Assembly: GCA_018812625.1 (NCBI GenBank)
Contig: JAHJDH010000001.1
Location: 19,967-83,966, forward strand
Source: Candidatus Micrarchaeota archaeon
GTDB lineage: Archaea > Micrarchaeota > Micrarchaeia > Anstonellales > Bilamarchaeaceae
DNA length: 64,000 nucleotides
Direction: 5' to 3'
Part shown: positions 10,026-18,847 of the stretch, piece after piece
Position numbering within the stretch: the first letter of the stretch is position 1
Layout of the letters: each line of letters begins with the position of its first letter
The notes under the pieces: model-generated
Told to the model about the DNA's origin: nothing
What the model saw: only the letters and a program-made list of their open reading frames with translations
Database searches by the model: none
Made by a program: the position numbers and the translations under genes

Positions 10026-12395
10026 TTAGAAAAATGAATCCAGGCTTTGCTGCTTGCCGCCATGTTTCATACTATATTCATCATAGCCAAGTTCTTTCAT
10101 GATTTTCATTACGGCTGGCAAAACTTGGTGGTTGATATAATACTCCGTATCATAATCTTTTGCAAGTTCAAATGGCTCTGCTTTTTCTGAGATTGTCTTC
10201 CCAGTTTTCCCAACTACATATGTGATCATTGTGCCTTTTCCAACCTGCACGCCTGATTTTATCAGTTTCTGTGCTGCTGTAAGCTCAGGGCTTTTTACTT
10301 CATAGCTACCTAAATCCTTGTTTATCTGCGTGCTTATTGAAAGCATCTCCAGAGGAACCTTTCCCGCCTGCAAATCCTCGATAGTTTTCCTTACGATTTT
10401 TACAGCCTTTTCCTTGCTACCTTCTATAAGAATCGCTTCCAGTACTGCGCGTTGGGTTTCCTTTGCAATCTTTGACCAGTCTCTTCGAACCAGTTCAAAG
10501 CCTCTTATCTTAATTCTTCCATCTTCTCCAAGAAGAGCATATTTCTTTTTAGCTCCTCTCTCTCCTCCGCCTTTTTTGCTGACAAAAACTCCTCGCGGAT
10601 AAAATCCTTCAAGTTCCAGTTCCATTTTTTCAGGCAATATATCATTCACATCTTCCATGAATTTTAGTACTTTGTCCTTGTTTTTGTAAATTAAAAACAC
10701 AGAATCTGTGTCAGCATAAAGCACCTGGAATCCTGATTTTTCTGCCATTTCTATTGTTTCTGAAATATGTTTTCTTCCCCATGCAGTAACACTTTCGGCA
10801 CATGGCCTTGAGTACCACCTGGATCTTGCATAACCCAAGTATCCATAAAATGAGTTTGATAGAATTTTGAGAGCCTGAGATCTTGCGCTCATCCGTACAT
10901 ATTCGTCACTTGATTTGTCAAGTTTTTTTATTTCCTGCTTGATTTTGGATCTTCGATCAACAAGATAATCAAGCACACCTGGAATTAGCCCTACTTCTTT
11001 TCCTGAAAATTTTGCTCCGGTTGGAGATTCGATTCCATCTCCTTCCTCAATCAAAGTTGCCGGATCAATATTATATGAGATGATAATAGATGGGTACAGT
11101 CCTCTAAAGTCCAGAACTGCCATATTATCATAAATTCCTGGCTCTGGTAGCTTTACAAAAGCTCCTTTGATTGGGGCGTTGAGCCTCTCATAAATCGTAT
11201 CTCCAATCGGCCGCGGTGGAATAATCATATTCCTGTTTGATGCGCTGAACATCAGCAGGCTTTCAACTAGCTGTCCGCTTGTTGACATTGTTGTCTGGAA
11301 CAATGGCATTTTTGAAACTGATGAAACTTCGATTTCAAGTGGCAGGAACCGTTGTCCAAGTTCGTGGGTGATATCTGCATCAATCATCGAATATTTCGAG
11401 AGCTTGTCAATGCCATCACTATCCCAAAGCTGCCAGATTTCATCATGCTTTATATCCTCCTTGCCCTTTCCAAGAACTTCATTTGCAACTGCATTGAGGG
11501 TGAATTTCTGCGCTTTGATTACTCCAATAAATCCAAAGAGCCGTGCAATTGGATAAAGATCTACATGCACTCTTCCTCCTATCTCCATTCCCTTGACCAT
11601 TCCGCGTTTGAGCTCACGCGTTTTATCTCCGAATCGTCCAAGTTCAAGTTTCGCCTGGAGTTTTGCTGCTCTTGCCTGAAGGTATGGAATATCAAAATTC
11701 GCCGAGTTATATCCAAAGAGCACATCCGGGTCCTTCTCCTCAATAATCTTGGAGAACTGCTCAAGAATCTCCTTTTCGCTCTCAAATTTCTTCACATAAT
11801 CATTTTTTGATTCCTTAGTCGTTAGAACTCCCCTCCCCATTCCAGCATAGCTGATCATAATTACAGGATCTATGTTTTCTCTTGGAACTCCCTGGGGATT
11901 ATATGTTTCAATATCAAATGCCATGCTGCTTAGCTCAGGAGGCTTATCAGGAGTCACTATTTTTACTATTTTCTTGATTAACCTTCCTTCCCGCTCATAT
12001 GTGATGATGTCAAAGGGCGAAATTTGCCTGTCATAGATAAATCTTCTGGCAAACGGAATACTGTACTCATAACATTTGAAAGGCACTCTCTGCTTGATTA
12101 TTGGGACATCTGAGGGTACTTCACAGTAGATTTTAATCAAACTCTTTTTCTCAAGGCCGATCTGCTTTTCTACTTCTTCAACATGTGTTGGCGAAGCTAG
12201 CTCTCCGTTTTTTCGAACTGCCTGTATATCCAAAAATTGGTCTATCTTGTCAAGTGGGCCATCGACAAGGAAATAAGGATCAGCACGATAGTATAGTTTT
12301 ATTGTCTTTTTTCCCTTTAGAAGTAATGAAACATATGTTTTGTTTTTTCGGACAATATAACTAGCATCAATGAAATATGCTCTCTTTCTCTTCAT
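10026..12395 (-). CDS. polB: Family B DNA polymerase
   Basis: ExoI FDIET, ExoII YNSANFD, DFRGLYPSII, KILSNSFYGY, YADTDS; C-terminal PIP box QQSLDSFF; no intein. Confidence 0.97.
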   Translation of the reverse strand: MKRKRAYFIDASYIVRKNKTYVSLLLKGKKTIKLYYRADPYFLVDGPLDKIDQFLDIQAVRKNGELASPTHVEEVEKQIGLEKKSLIKIYCEVPSDVPIIKQRVPFKCYEYSIPFARRFIYDRQISPFDIITYEREGRLIKKIVKIVTPDKPPELSSMAFDIETYNPQGVPRENIDPVIMISYAGMGRGVLTTKESKNDYVKKFESEKEILEQFSKIIEEKDPDVLFGYNSANFDIPYLQARAAKLQAKLELGRFGDKTRELKRGMVKGMEIGGRVHVDLYPIARLFGFIGVIKAQKFTLNAVANEVLGKGKEDIKHDEIWQLWDSDGIDKLSKYSMIDADITHELGQRFLPLEIEVSSVSKMPLFQTTMSTSGQLVESLLMFSASNRNMIIPPRPIGDTIYERLNAPIKGAFVKLPEPGIYDNMAVLDFRGLYPSIIISYNIDPATLIEEGDGIESPTGAKFSGKEVGLIPGVLDYLVDRRSKIKQEIKKLDKSSDEYVRMSARSQALKILSNSFYGYLGYARSRWYSRPCAESVTAWGRKHISETIEMAEKSGFQVLYADTDSVFLIYKNKDKVLKFMEDVNDILPEKMELELEGFYPRGVFVSKKGGGERGAKKKYALLGEDGRIKIRGFELVRRDWSKIAKETQRAVLEAILIEGSKEKAVKIVRKTIEDLQAGKVPLEMLSISTQINKDLGSYEVKSPELTAAQKLIKSGVQVGKGTMITYVVGKTGKTISEKAEPFELAKDYDTEYYINHQVLPAVMKIMKELGYDEYSMKHGGKQQSLDSFF

Positions 12396-12433
12396 ATATA
12401 TCTATCAAGAGGAAAAATAATAAGAATTGGGCT

Positions 12434-13273
12434 CTATCGTGTTCTTTTGGTCTGTTGCTCAGTTGCTTCAAGACATTCTGCTTCTGCCTGCTGTTCTCCA
12501 TATGCCTCATCCCAAGTGATCCATCCATCAGCAGGAGGGCCTTCAAATCTATTAAATCTTGGCAACTCCTCTTGCCATGTATTATTATTAACTCCTTGCA
12601 ACTCCACTGGGTTTGCCGATTTCATAAGCACCCCTTTTTTGGTATCTTTTCTGGATCTTGGCGACCATGCCGATAATTCCTCTTTGGACAGCTTTGTAAT
12701 TGTCTGCCTGGCGTCTTCTGCCAGCTTATTGCCACTTTCAAGAAGTCCTGCTATCTGTCCAGGTTTGATGCTAATATCTTTCATTAATCTGGGTGCTACG
12801 TATCTGAATATTACTGAAAAAACAACTACCAGGCCTATTGCACCTGAATTAACGCCTGCCAGTGCTAATGTTGAAATAAGCGCAACCGGAACCGCATACG
12901 AAACAGCCTTTATGAGGGCTCTTTGCATCGTTCTTTTTCTGTATAATCGCTCAGCTAGATTGCTTTGAATATCTTCAGGCAGCCCTACTATTGCAGCTTC
13001 CCTGTATCCTCCTGCCTGCTCAAGGTGGCCGTTTTCAAGGGTCTTGATAATCTCATCCATACTGCCTTCTGCTGCTATTTTCTCAAGCTCTGCTCTTGGC
13101 TTAGTTTGGGTGTGTGCTGTTCTGAGTGGGCCTTTGTCCTGGCCTCCTGGCAATCTCAATGGTTTAGAATTAAAATGTCTTCCCGGCCTGGTTTTTATCA
13201 CATTCTCTAATTTCGCTTGGGCCTTTTTGACCATATAAGTTTCTACCCTTCTTCTCAATTTCATTTGGACCAT
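12434..13273 (-). CDS. Orphan membrane protein (two TM helices, basic N-terminus)
   Basis: Hydrophobic hairpin AVPVALISTLALAG / AIGLVVVFSVIF; own TATA-like box. Confidence 0.6.
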   Translation of the reverse strand: MVQMKLRRRVETYMVKKAQAKLENVIKTRPGRHFNSKPLRLPGGQDKGPLRTAHTQTKPRAELEKIAAEGSMDEIIKTLENGHLEQAGGYREAAIVGLPEDIQSNLAERLYRKRTMQRALIKAVSYAVPVALISTLALAGVNSGAIGLVVVFSVIFRYVAPRLMKDISIKPGQIAGLLESGNKLAEDARQTITKLSKEELSAWSPRSRKDTKKGVLMKSANPVELQGVNNNTWQEELPRFNRFEGPPADGWITWDEAYGEQQAEAECLEATEQQTKRTR

Positions 13274-13360
13274 ATACTTATATACATTACCACTATTTAA
13301 GTCTTACTATGGGTACAACTAGGATAAAGAAAAAAAGAAAATTAGATGCCTTTTGGAATG

Positions 13361-14092
13361 TTATTTTCTAAGAGATACTTCTTTGCCAACAAGTTCTCGA
13401 AGTACATCTTCATGGATGAATCTTCGCCCACCAATTTTAACATGTGGGATTCTTCCACGATCAAGTCTTCGCTCAAATGCGTTTCTCTTGATCCTGATGC
13501 CTCCTTTATGAAGCTCTTTAATTGCCTGGCTTACTGAGAAGTAATTTGAACTGATGTGAGTAAGTGATTCTATAGCTTCTCTTGGAACAAGTCTTCTTGT
13601 TCCGAATTTAACAGATGGAATCGATCCTTTCTCAATTCTTCCAATAAATGCTCTGAAGTTGATCTTTGGGTTTGCTTTTCTGTACTGTTCGTAGGCTTCT
13701 TTTACTGTGTAAAATTCACCTTTTGTATTGGTAATATCGTCAAGAACGCTTTTTGGAATATATCTCTTTCTTCCTACTTTGACAAATGGGATTGTTCCTC
13801 TCTCGATTCTTCCACCAAATGCTCTGAACGAAATAAAAACTCCACTAGTCTTCAAATAGTCATAGGCAGATCTAACAGAATACAAATCGTGTTTTTCTTC
13901 GAGTTCGTCTTCAGAAGCTTTTTGTCTATATAAATTTTGAGCTACTTTAAAGACGTTAGATATTGATGAAGAGAGGCCTTTCTCGGTCTTAGTTCGGCCC
14001 TTCTTAATCTCCCCAATGTCGATAGATCTAAATCTGTCGACAAAGTCGTCATTGATTTCTGTTTCAATAATGATTTTTTTTCCTCGAGGCAT
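13361..14092 (-). CDS. DNA-binding protein with three tandem excisionase/MerR-like (HTH_17-type) domains
   Basis: Three repeats of Y[ST]V..A...[FR]...R.ERG.IP.VK.G.[KR]R.[IV]; SD GGTGAT. Confidence 0.8.
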   Translation of the reverse strand: MPRGKKIIIETEINDDFVDRFRSIDIGEIKKGRTKTEKGLSSSISNVFKVAQNLYRQKASEDELEEKHDLYSVRSAYDYLKTSGVFISFRAFGGRIERGTIPFVKVGRKRYIPKSVLDDITNTKGEFYTVKEAYEQYRKANPKINFRAFIGRIEKGSIPSVKFGTRRLVPREAIESLTHISSNYFSVSQAIKELHKGGIRIKRNAFERRLDRGRIPHVKIGGRRFIHEDVLRELVGKEVSLRK

Positions 14093-14193
14093 GGCATCAC
14101 CTTAAATATGATAATTTATGATCTTGTATGTTTCTTCCATACAATACTATAAAACACACAGTTTAAAAAGATGTTGTTTGTGAAGACACCTTC

Positions 14194-15459
14194 CTATTCG
14201 TTGCTTTTCAATTTTTTTACCAAAATAATGGCAAAAATCACAACAAAAACCACAACTATTATGTAAAGTAATGGTATTTCCTGACTTTCGCCCGGTGTTT
14301 CTTGTGGATTTGTCTGGTTTTGTGTGTTGTTAATTGGCGGAGCGGTTCCAACAAGTGTTGAAAATTTTCCACCAAGTGTTGCTTTGTTGCCCTCTTTGTC
14401 CTTCACTTCAATTGTGAATTGGACAATGCTATCTGGAGCCAACTCAGGAAATTCGGCCGCAAAAGTATTAAAGCCTGTGGTAAACACAACTGCCGTGTTC
14501 CAAGGGGTGCTTGCATCTGCTGGCTCTAGTCTGTATTGCACCTGCAGTGTTTTTACATCAACACCGCTTGCATCTGCTCCAGGATCACTGATTGGGATAT
14601 TGAGTTTTGTTCTGTTATTTATAGTTTCTGAGACCACTTCTCCAAAGAGAGGTGCGTGAATATCCAGAATAATTTCTGCTCTTGGGTTTTCAATTGCCAG
14701 AATTTCTCCATTTTTTTCAATTCCTTTGTATCCTATTTTGTATGGTATATAATCTCCAAATATTTTCTCATTTTCATAATGGCCATCTGGCAAATATACT
14801 GTTTCATTGAGGACTGTGAGATTTACTGGAAGAGGATCTCCATAATCATCTAGTACATCAACGTATATGTGATAATGCGGAAATATTACTGCAAATTCAA
14901 CATCTTCTCCTTCAATTACTATCGTTCCTGCCTGTTTTGCAATCTCATAGCTGGAAAGATAATCATAACTTCCTTCAACAAAAAGATACTTCACATATCC
15001 ATATTCGTTTGTTTTTCCGCTTTTATCTCCAATTGTGACTGATGCGTTTTCTATTGGAGCATTGAGGTGATCCCTAACATAGAACTTCACAGGATATACA
15101 TCATCAAGAATCACATCTACTATTGGTCCATGACTATTTGCTTCTACTTCGATTTTTTTTGTTCCGCCTCCAGCAGATCCATTAATTACTATCGTGCAGT
15201 CAATTTCTCTAGTATTTGTTCCCTGGTTTATGACTTGGTAATCTACTTTTCCAGCGGCATCTGTTTGTCTTATCTCAGTTGTGAAATACTGTTCACCAAA
15301 CAAAGTTCCTCTGTCAAATTTGATCCAGACATCTGCACCTTCTATGGGCCTGTTTTTGGAATCAAGAACCCTTACACTGAATTCATCAACATATCCAGCG
15401 CAATCTGCAATCACTATTTGTGATAAAATAAGCAATAATAGCATGTATTTGAAGTTCAT
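14194..15459 (-). CDS. Cell-surface protein with carboxypeptidase-regulatory/Ig-like domains and C-terminal TM anchor
   Basis: Signal peptide; repeats V.D....PIE.A.V; TDAAG/TNEYG; Asn/Gln/Thr linker; TM plus KKLK. Confidence 0.75.
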   Translation of the reverse strand: MNFKYMLLLLILSQIVIADCAGYVDEFSVRVLDSKNRPIEGADVWIKFDRGTLFGEQYFTTEIRQTDAAGKVDYQVINQGTNTREIDCTIVINGSAGGGTKKIEVEANSHGPIVDVILDDVYPVKFYVRDHLNAPIENASVTIGDKSGKTNEYGYVKYLFVEGSYDYLSSYEIAKQAGTIVIEGEDVEFAVIFPHYHIYVDVLDDYGDPLPVNLTVLNETVYLPDGHYENEKIFGDYIPYKIGYKGIEKNGEILAIENPRAEIILDIHAPLFGEVVSETINNRTKLNIPISDPGADASGVDVKTLQVQYRLEPADASTPWNTAVVFTTGFNTFAAEFPELAPDSIVQFTIEVKDKEGNKATLGGKFSTLVGTAPPINNTQNQTNPQETPGESQEIPLLYIIVVVFVVIFAIILVKKLKSNE

Positions 15460-15489
15460 GGTGCTATATCTTCACCCAAACTTTATAAG

Positions 15490-16812
15490 CTATTTGCGAG
15501 GTACTTCATTGAATTCTCGCCCTAGTTTTGCATCATCCTGATGCCAAATCTCACGTGCTTCTGCAACTGTAAATAGCGATCCAGTAACAAGTACAATATC
15601 TCCAGTTTCTGCCATTTCAACTGCTTTTTTGGTCGCCTTCTTCACATCTTCAACAATTATGCCTTTTTTTGAGTGTTTTTCCACAATCTGAACAAGTAGT
15701 TTTGGGTCTGCTGCCCTGTCCATTACCTTGTGCGCGGTTATAATTATCTGGTCGCTTATCTTTGCAATTTCTCCTACCATCTCCTCCAGGTTTTTGTCTG
15801 ATGATATTCCAAGAACTACAATAAGTTTTTTGTATTCAAAGAGTTCTACTTCTCCTCTTAATTTTTTCATTGCATCTGCATCCTTTGCACAGTCTAGAAT
15901 CACCATGGGCTCTTCCTGAACTATTTCCATTCTCCCTGGCCAGTTTATTCTTGAAAGTCCCTGTTCCAGTGTTTCATCTGAAATTTCAATTCCAATGGCA
16001 TGAATTGCTCCAAGTGCGCATGCCAGATTTTCTATCTGGTATGCTCCAAGAAGCGAAATAAATCCAGAATAATCATTTCCATTAATTTCAATACTGAACT
16101 TCTGTCCGTTTCCAGATCTTTCAATCTTTTTGATTAAAATTTCGCGGCCAACTCTCATCAATTTGCTGTTTCTCTCTCTACTAACTCTCTCTAGAACCTC
16201 TATGGCATCTCCTTTTGCAGCACTTATAAGAACTCCATTTTCTTTTATGATTCCAGCCTTTTCATATGCGATTTTTGCAACTGTGCCTCCAAGAATCCTG
16301 GTATGCTCAAGCGAAACATTAGTTACAATGGATGCTTCTGCCTTGCAGATATTTGTTGCATCTAACCTTCCTCCAAGTCCAACTTCCAAAACTGCAATAT
16401 CAACTTTTTTCTTTTGGAAATAAATGAATGCTGCTATGCTCATAATCTCAAAAAATGTTGGATGTTCAAAATTTTCTTGCTTCTGCATCCTTGCAATTGC
16501 TTCTTTGATGTCGATGATTGTCTGCTCAAGTTCCTGCTCTGAAATTTTTTCTCCATCTATTGTAATTCTCTCTCGAAGGTCTCTCAAATGTGGGCTTGTA
16601 TATCTGCCAACTACTAATCCGCTTTCCTGAAGCAGCGAATCTAGAATTACTGTGGTTGAGCCTTTGCCGCTGGTTCCTCCAATTAGTATTGTTCTGTAAT
16701 TATTTTGCGGATTTCCAACTTCTGCTGCCAGCTTTACCACGCGCTCAAGACCAAGCTTTGCTCCGCTTTTTTTAAGTGCAAATAAATATTCTATAATGTT
16801 GCCCATCCACAT
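15490..16812 (-). CDS. folC: Folylpolyglutamate synthase/dihydrofolate synthase
   Basis: GTSGKGST, YTSPHL..RERI, LEVGLGGRLDATN, WPGRME, VTGSLF. Confidence 0.95.
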   Translation of the reverse strand: MWMGNIIEYLFALKKSGAKLGLERVVKLAAEVGNPQNNYRTILIGGTSGKGSTTVILDSLLQESGLVVGRYTSPHLRDLRERITIDGEKISEQELEQTIIDIKEAIARMQKQENFEHPTFFEIMSIAAFIYFQKKKVDIAVLEVGLGGRLDATNICKAEASIVTNVSLEHTRILGGTVAKIAYEKAGIIKENGVLISAAKGDAIEVLERVSRERNSKLMRVGREILIKKIERSGNGQKFSIEINGNDYSGFISLLGAYQIENLACALGAIHAIGIEISDETLEQGLSRINWPGRMEIVQEEPMVILDCAKDADAMKKLRGEVELFEYKKLIVVLGISSDKNLEEMVGEIAKISDQIIITAHKVMDRAADPKLLVQIVEKHSKKGIIVEDVKKATKKAVEMAETGDIVLVTGSLFTVAEAREIWHQDDAKLGREFNEVPRK

Positions 16813-16853
16813 TACCTGTAAAATTATTATTGAATTGTTTATAAGAGCGTTAT

Positions 16854-16964
16854 TATCAATTGCTAGTCCGTGGCTCTTCCCCCTCGCTGGGAAGCGTTTT
16901 TCCTTTATGTTTAATAAACCTGCTCCACAATTGATACTTTATCATTCTTTGAGGTGTATCAATG
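16854..16964 (+). promoter_or_regulatory. Putative structured leader or operator region of the transporter gene
   Basis: TATCAAT at 16854 and 16957, inverted at 16930; ATTGATAC/GTATCAAT stem enclosing SD GAGGTG and reaching the ATG; CTTCCC/GGGAAG hairpin. Confidence 0.4.
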
Positions 16965-17654
16965 CAAAAAATATTCTCTAAAAAAGGGATTGTTTTCCTG
17001 GTGCTGTTTACTGTTTTAGCACTCGTTGGGATGAAATTAAATTTCTCAACACTTATTGGAGAAGAAAGTCAATTCCTTACTATCTATCAGTTCTTTGGCC
17101 CAATTGCAGGTGGATTTTTGGGCATTTGGGGCGCTGCGGCAGTACTAGGCGCTCAGCTCATTAACTGGGTTCTTGTCGGAAAAGAAATTTCTATTCTGAA
17201 CCTTCTTAGGTTGCTTCCGATGGTTTTTGCTGCAATCTACTTTAGCCGAAATGGGGTTCGGGGAATAAAGGATAAGCTTGGCCTTGCCCTTCCGATTCTT
17301 GCTATGCTTGCTTTTTGGTTTCATCCAGTTGGACAGCAGGCTTGGATCTATGCATTATTCTGGGTAATTCCAGTGATCGCAAAGTTCCTTCCAGAAAACC
17401 TGGTCCTACGAAGTCTTGGAGCAACATTTACTGCCCATGCTGTTGGAGCAGTACTTTGGATTTGGACTGTTCCTATGACAGCTGAGCAATGGCTGATGCT
17501 ACTTCCAATTACAGCCTTTGAGAGAATTCTATTTGCTCTTGGAATTGCTGCAAGCTATGTTGTGTTTGTAAATATTCTCAAGGCAGTTGATAGCGTAGTT
17601 GACATAAAAAGTATCATCAATATCGATGAAAGATATGCTCTTTGGAGAGCATAA
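16962..17654 (+). CDS. Integral membrane protein, probable ECF-type vitamin transporter S-component
   Basis: About 7 hydrophobic helices, FFGPIAGGFLGIWGA motif, divergent from folC; substrate unknown. Confidence 0.55.
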   Translation: MQKIFSKKGIVFLVLFTVLALVGMKLNFSTLIGEESQFLTIYQFFGPIAGGFLGIWGAAAVLGAQLINWVLVGKEISILNLLRLLPMVFAAIYFSRNGVRGIKDKLGLALPILAMLAFWFHPVGQQAWIYALFWVIPVIAKFLPENLVLRSLGATFTAHAVGAVLWIWTVPMTAEQWLMLLPITAFERILFALGIAASYVVFVNILKAVDSVVDIKSIINIDERYALWRA

Positions 17655-17660
17655 TTTTTT

Positions 17661-18824
17661 TTATTTTATTTGAGTTAATGTAGTTTGCCTTGAGCTCAGC
17701 ATTTCTTTTATCAAAACTCCTTGTTCTGTGAATTTTGAAATAGGAAGTCTCAGCTTTGTTGATAAGTAGTTCAAAACTGCTCTATATGACTCAAATTCTT
17801 TTGGCTTTTCTTTCATTGCAGCTTTCACGTTTTCGCGTACATTGAACACTCCAAGAGGCACATAGCCTTCATATGCTTCCCGAAGAACAATTGCTCCAGC
17901 CTGTTTTTTCATCTTTGAAAGAGCTTCCAGAACAGCAAATTTGCAGCTATAATAGCAGCCGCCAACAGATGAATATTCACTCTTCCCCTGAGTATATTCC
18001 TGATCTGCAAAAATCATTTCTTCCCTCCCAAGAACATGGATAAATGCCTCAATCCATTCATACATCCATGGAGTTGGGGTCAAGATCACAGCATAATAAT
18101 TATTTAGGCTTGAGAACTCGTAGACCTGGTAATTCTCTATGGCATCAAAGTATTTTACCTGGTGGTAAAGATTATTTGCAAGTATTGTATCAACCGCAGT
18201 AATCGACCAGCGCGTTGGAACGAGTTTTCTATTTTTGCCAAGACCCATAGTTCCGGTTGAAAATGCCTTTTGCATTTGAGAAAAAGCAACTCCATCTTTG
18301 TATAGCTCCTTAATTGCATCTGCTGCTTTCCAATCAGTATCATAATATGATTTCTCCAGATGCTGCTCCCACTTTGTGTTTCCGATTTCGAATTTATCTA
18401 GAGGTGCACTTGGGCCATATGGCTGATGATCCTGGTTAAACGTAACTCCTCTTGGCTTATAGTGAAATTGAACTTCACTTTCAACAGATTTTGATGCAAG
18501 GGAGATCTCCTGCATGTTTCGAACCAACTTGTTTTCAAGATCCTTAATCCCGACTTCCTTTTTCCCACGGACAAGGTCTAACCTGAATTTGATGATATCA
18601 TTCTGTTCGTATTTGCCAATCCATTGCTCCGGGCTGTCCATCACAAATGTGTCTCCAATCCTGGGCGTGAGCATGGGCCCTACTGCAACTTTTGGATATC
18701 CGTAGCTTCCAATAAACACTGAAGGCGGAGAGCTTCCATCCAGCTTTTCATCTACCTCTATGCTCTTCCATTTCATGGTTCCAGAAGTAATTTTCTTCAG
18801 GTATGCGCCTTTGCCCATTCCCAT
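17661..18824 (-). CDS. nreA: Nre-family DNA repair protein
   Basis: GSSPPSVFIGSYGYPKV, RKLVPTRWSITAVD, PLGVFNVRE; C-terminal PIP-like QTTL. Confidence 0.92.
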   Translation of the reverse strand: MGMGKGAYLKKITSGTMKWKSIEVDEKLDGSSPPSVFIGSYGYPKVAVGPMLTPRIGDTFVMDSPEQWIGKYEQNDIIKFRLDLVRGKKEVGIKDLENKLVRNMQEISLASKSVESEVQFHYKPRGVTFNQDHQPYGPSAPLDKFEIGNTKWEQHLEKSYYDTDWKAADAIKELYKDGVAFSQMQKAFSTGTMGLGKNRKLVPTRWSITAVDTILANNLYHQVKYFDAIENYQVYEFSSLNNYYAVILTPTPWMYEWIEAFIHVLGREEMIFADQEYTQGKSEYSSVGGCYYSCKFAVLEALSKMKKQAGAIVLREAYEGYVPLGVFNVRENVKAAMKEKPKEFESYRAVLNYLSTKLRLPISKFTEQGVLIKEMLSSRQTTLTQIK

Positions 18825-18847
18825 AACTAGTTTTTCTCAGCTATTGT

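Noticed and set aside
10026..12395. Intein or inactivated PolB
   Set aside because: Normal length with intact exonuclease and polymerase motifs
16838..16964. Known THF, TPP, FMN, fluoride or preQ1 riboswitch
   Set aside because: No consensus of these classes could be matched by eye; kept only as an unclassified candidate
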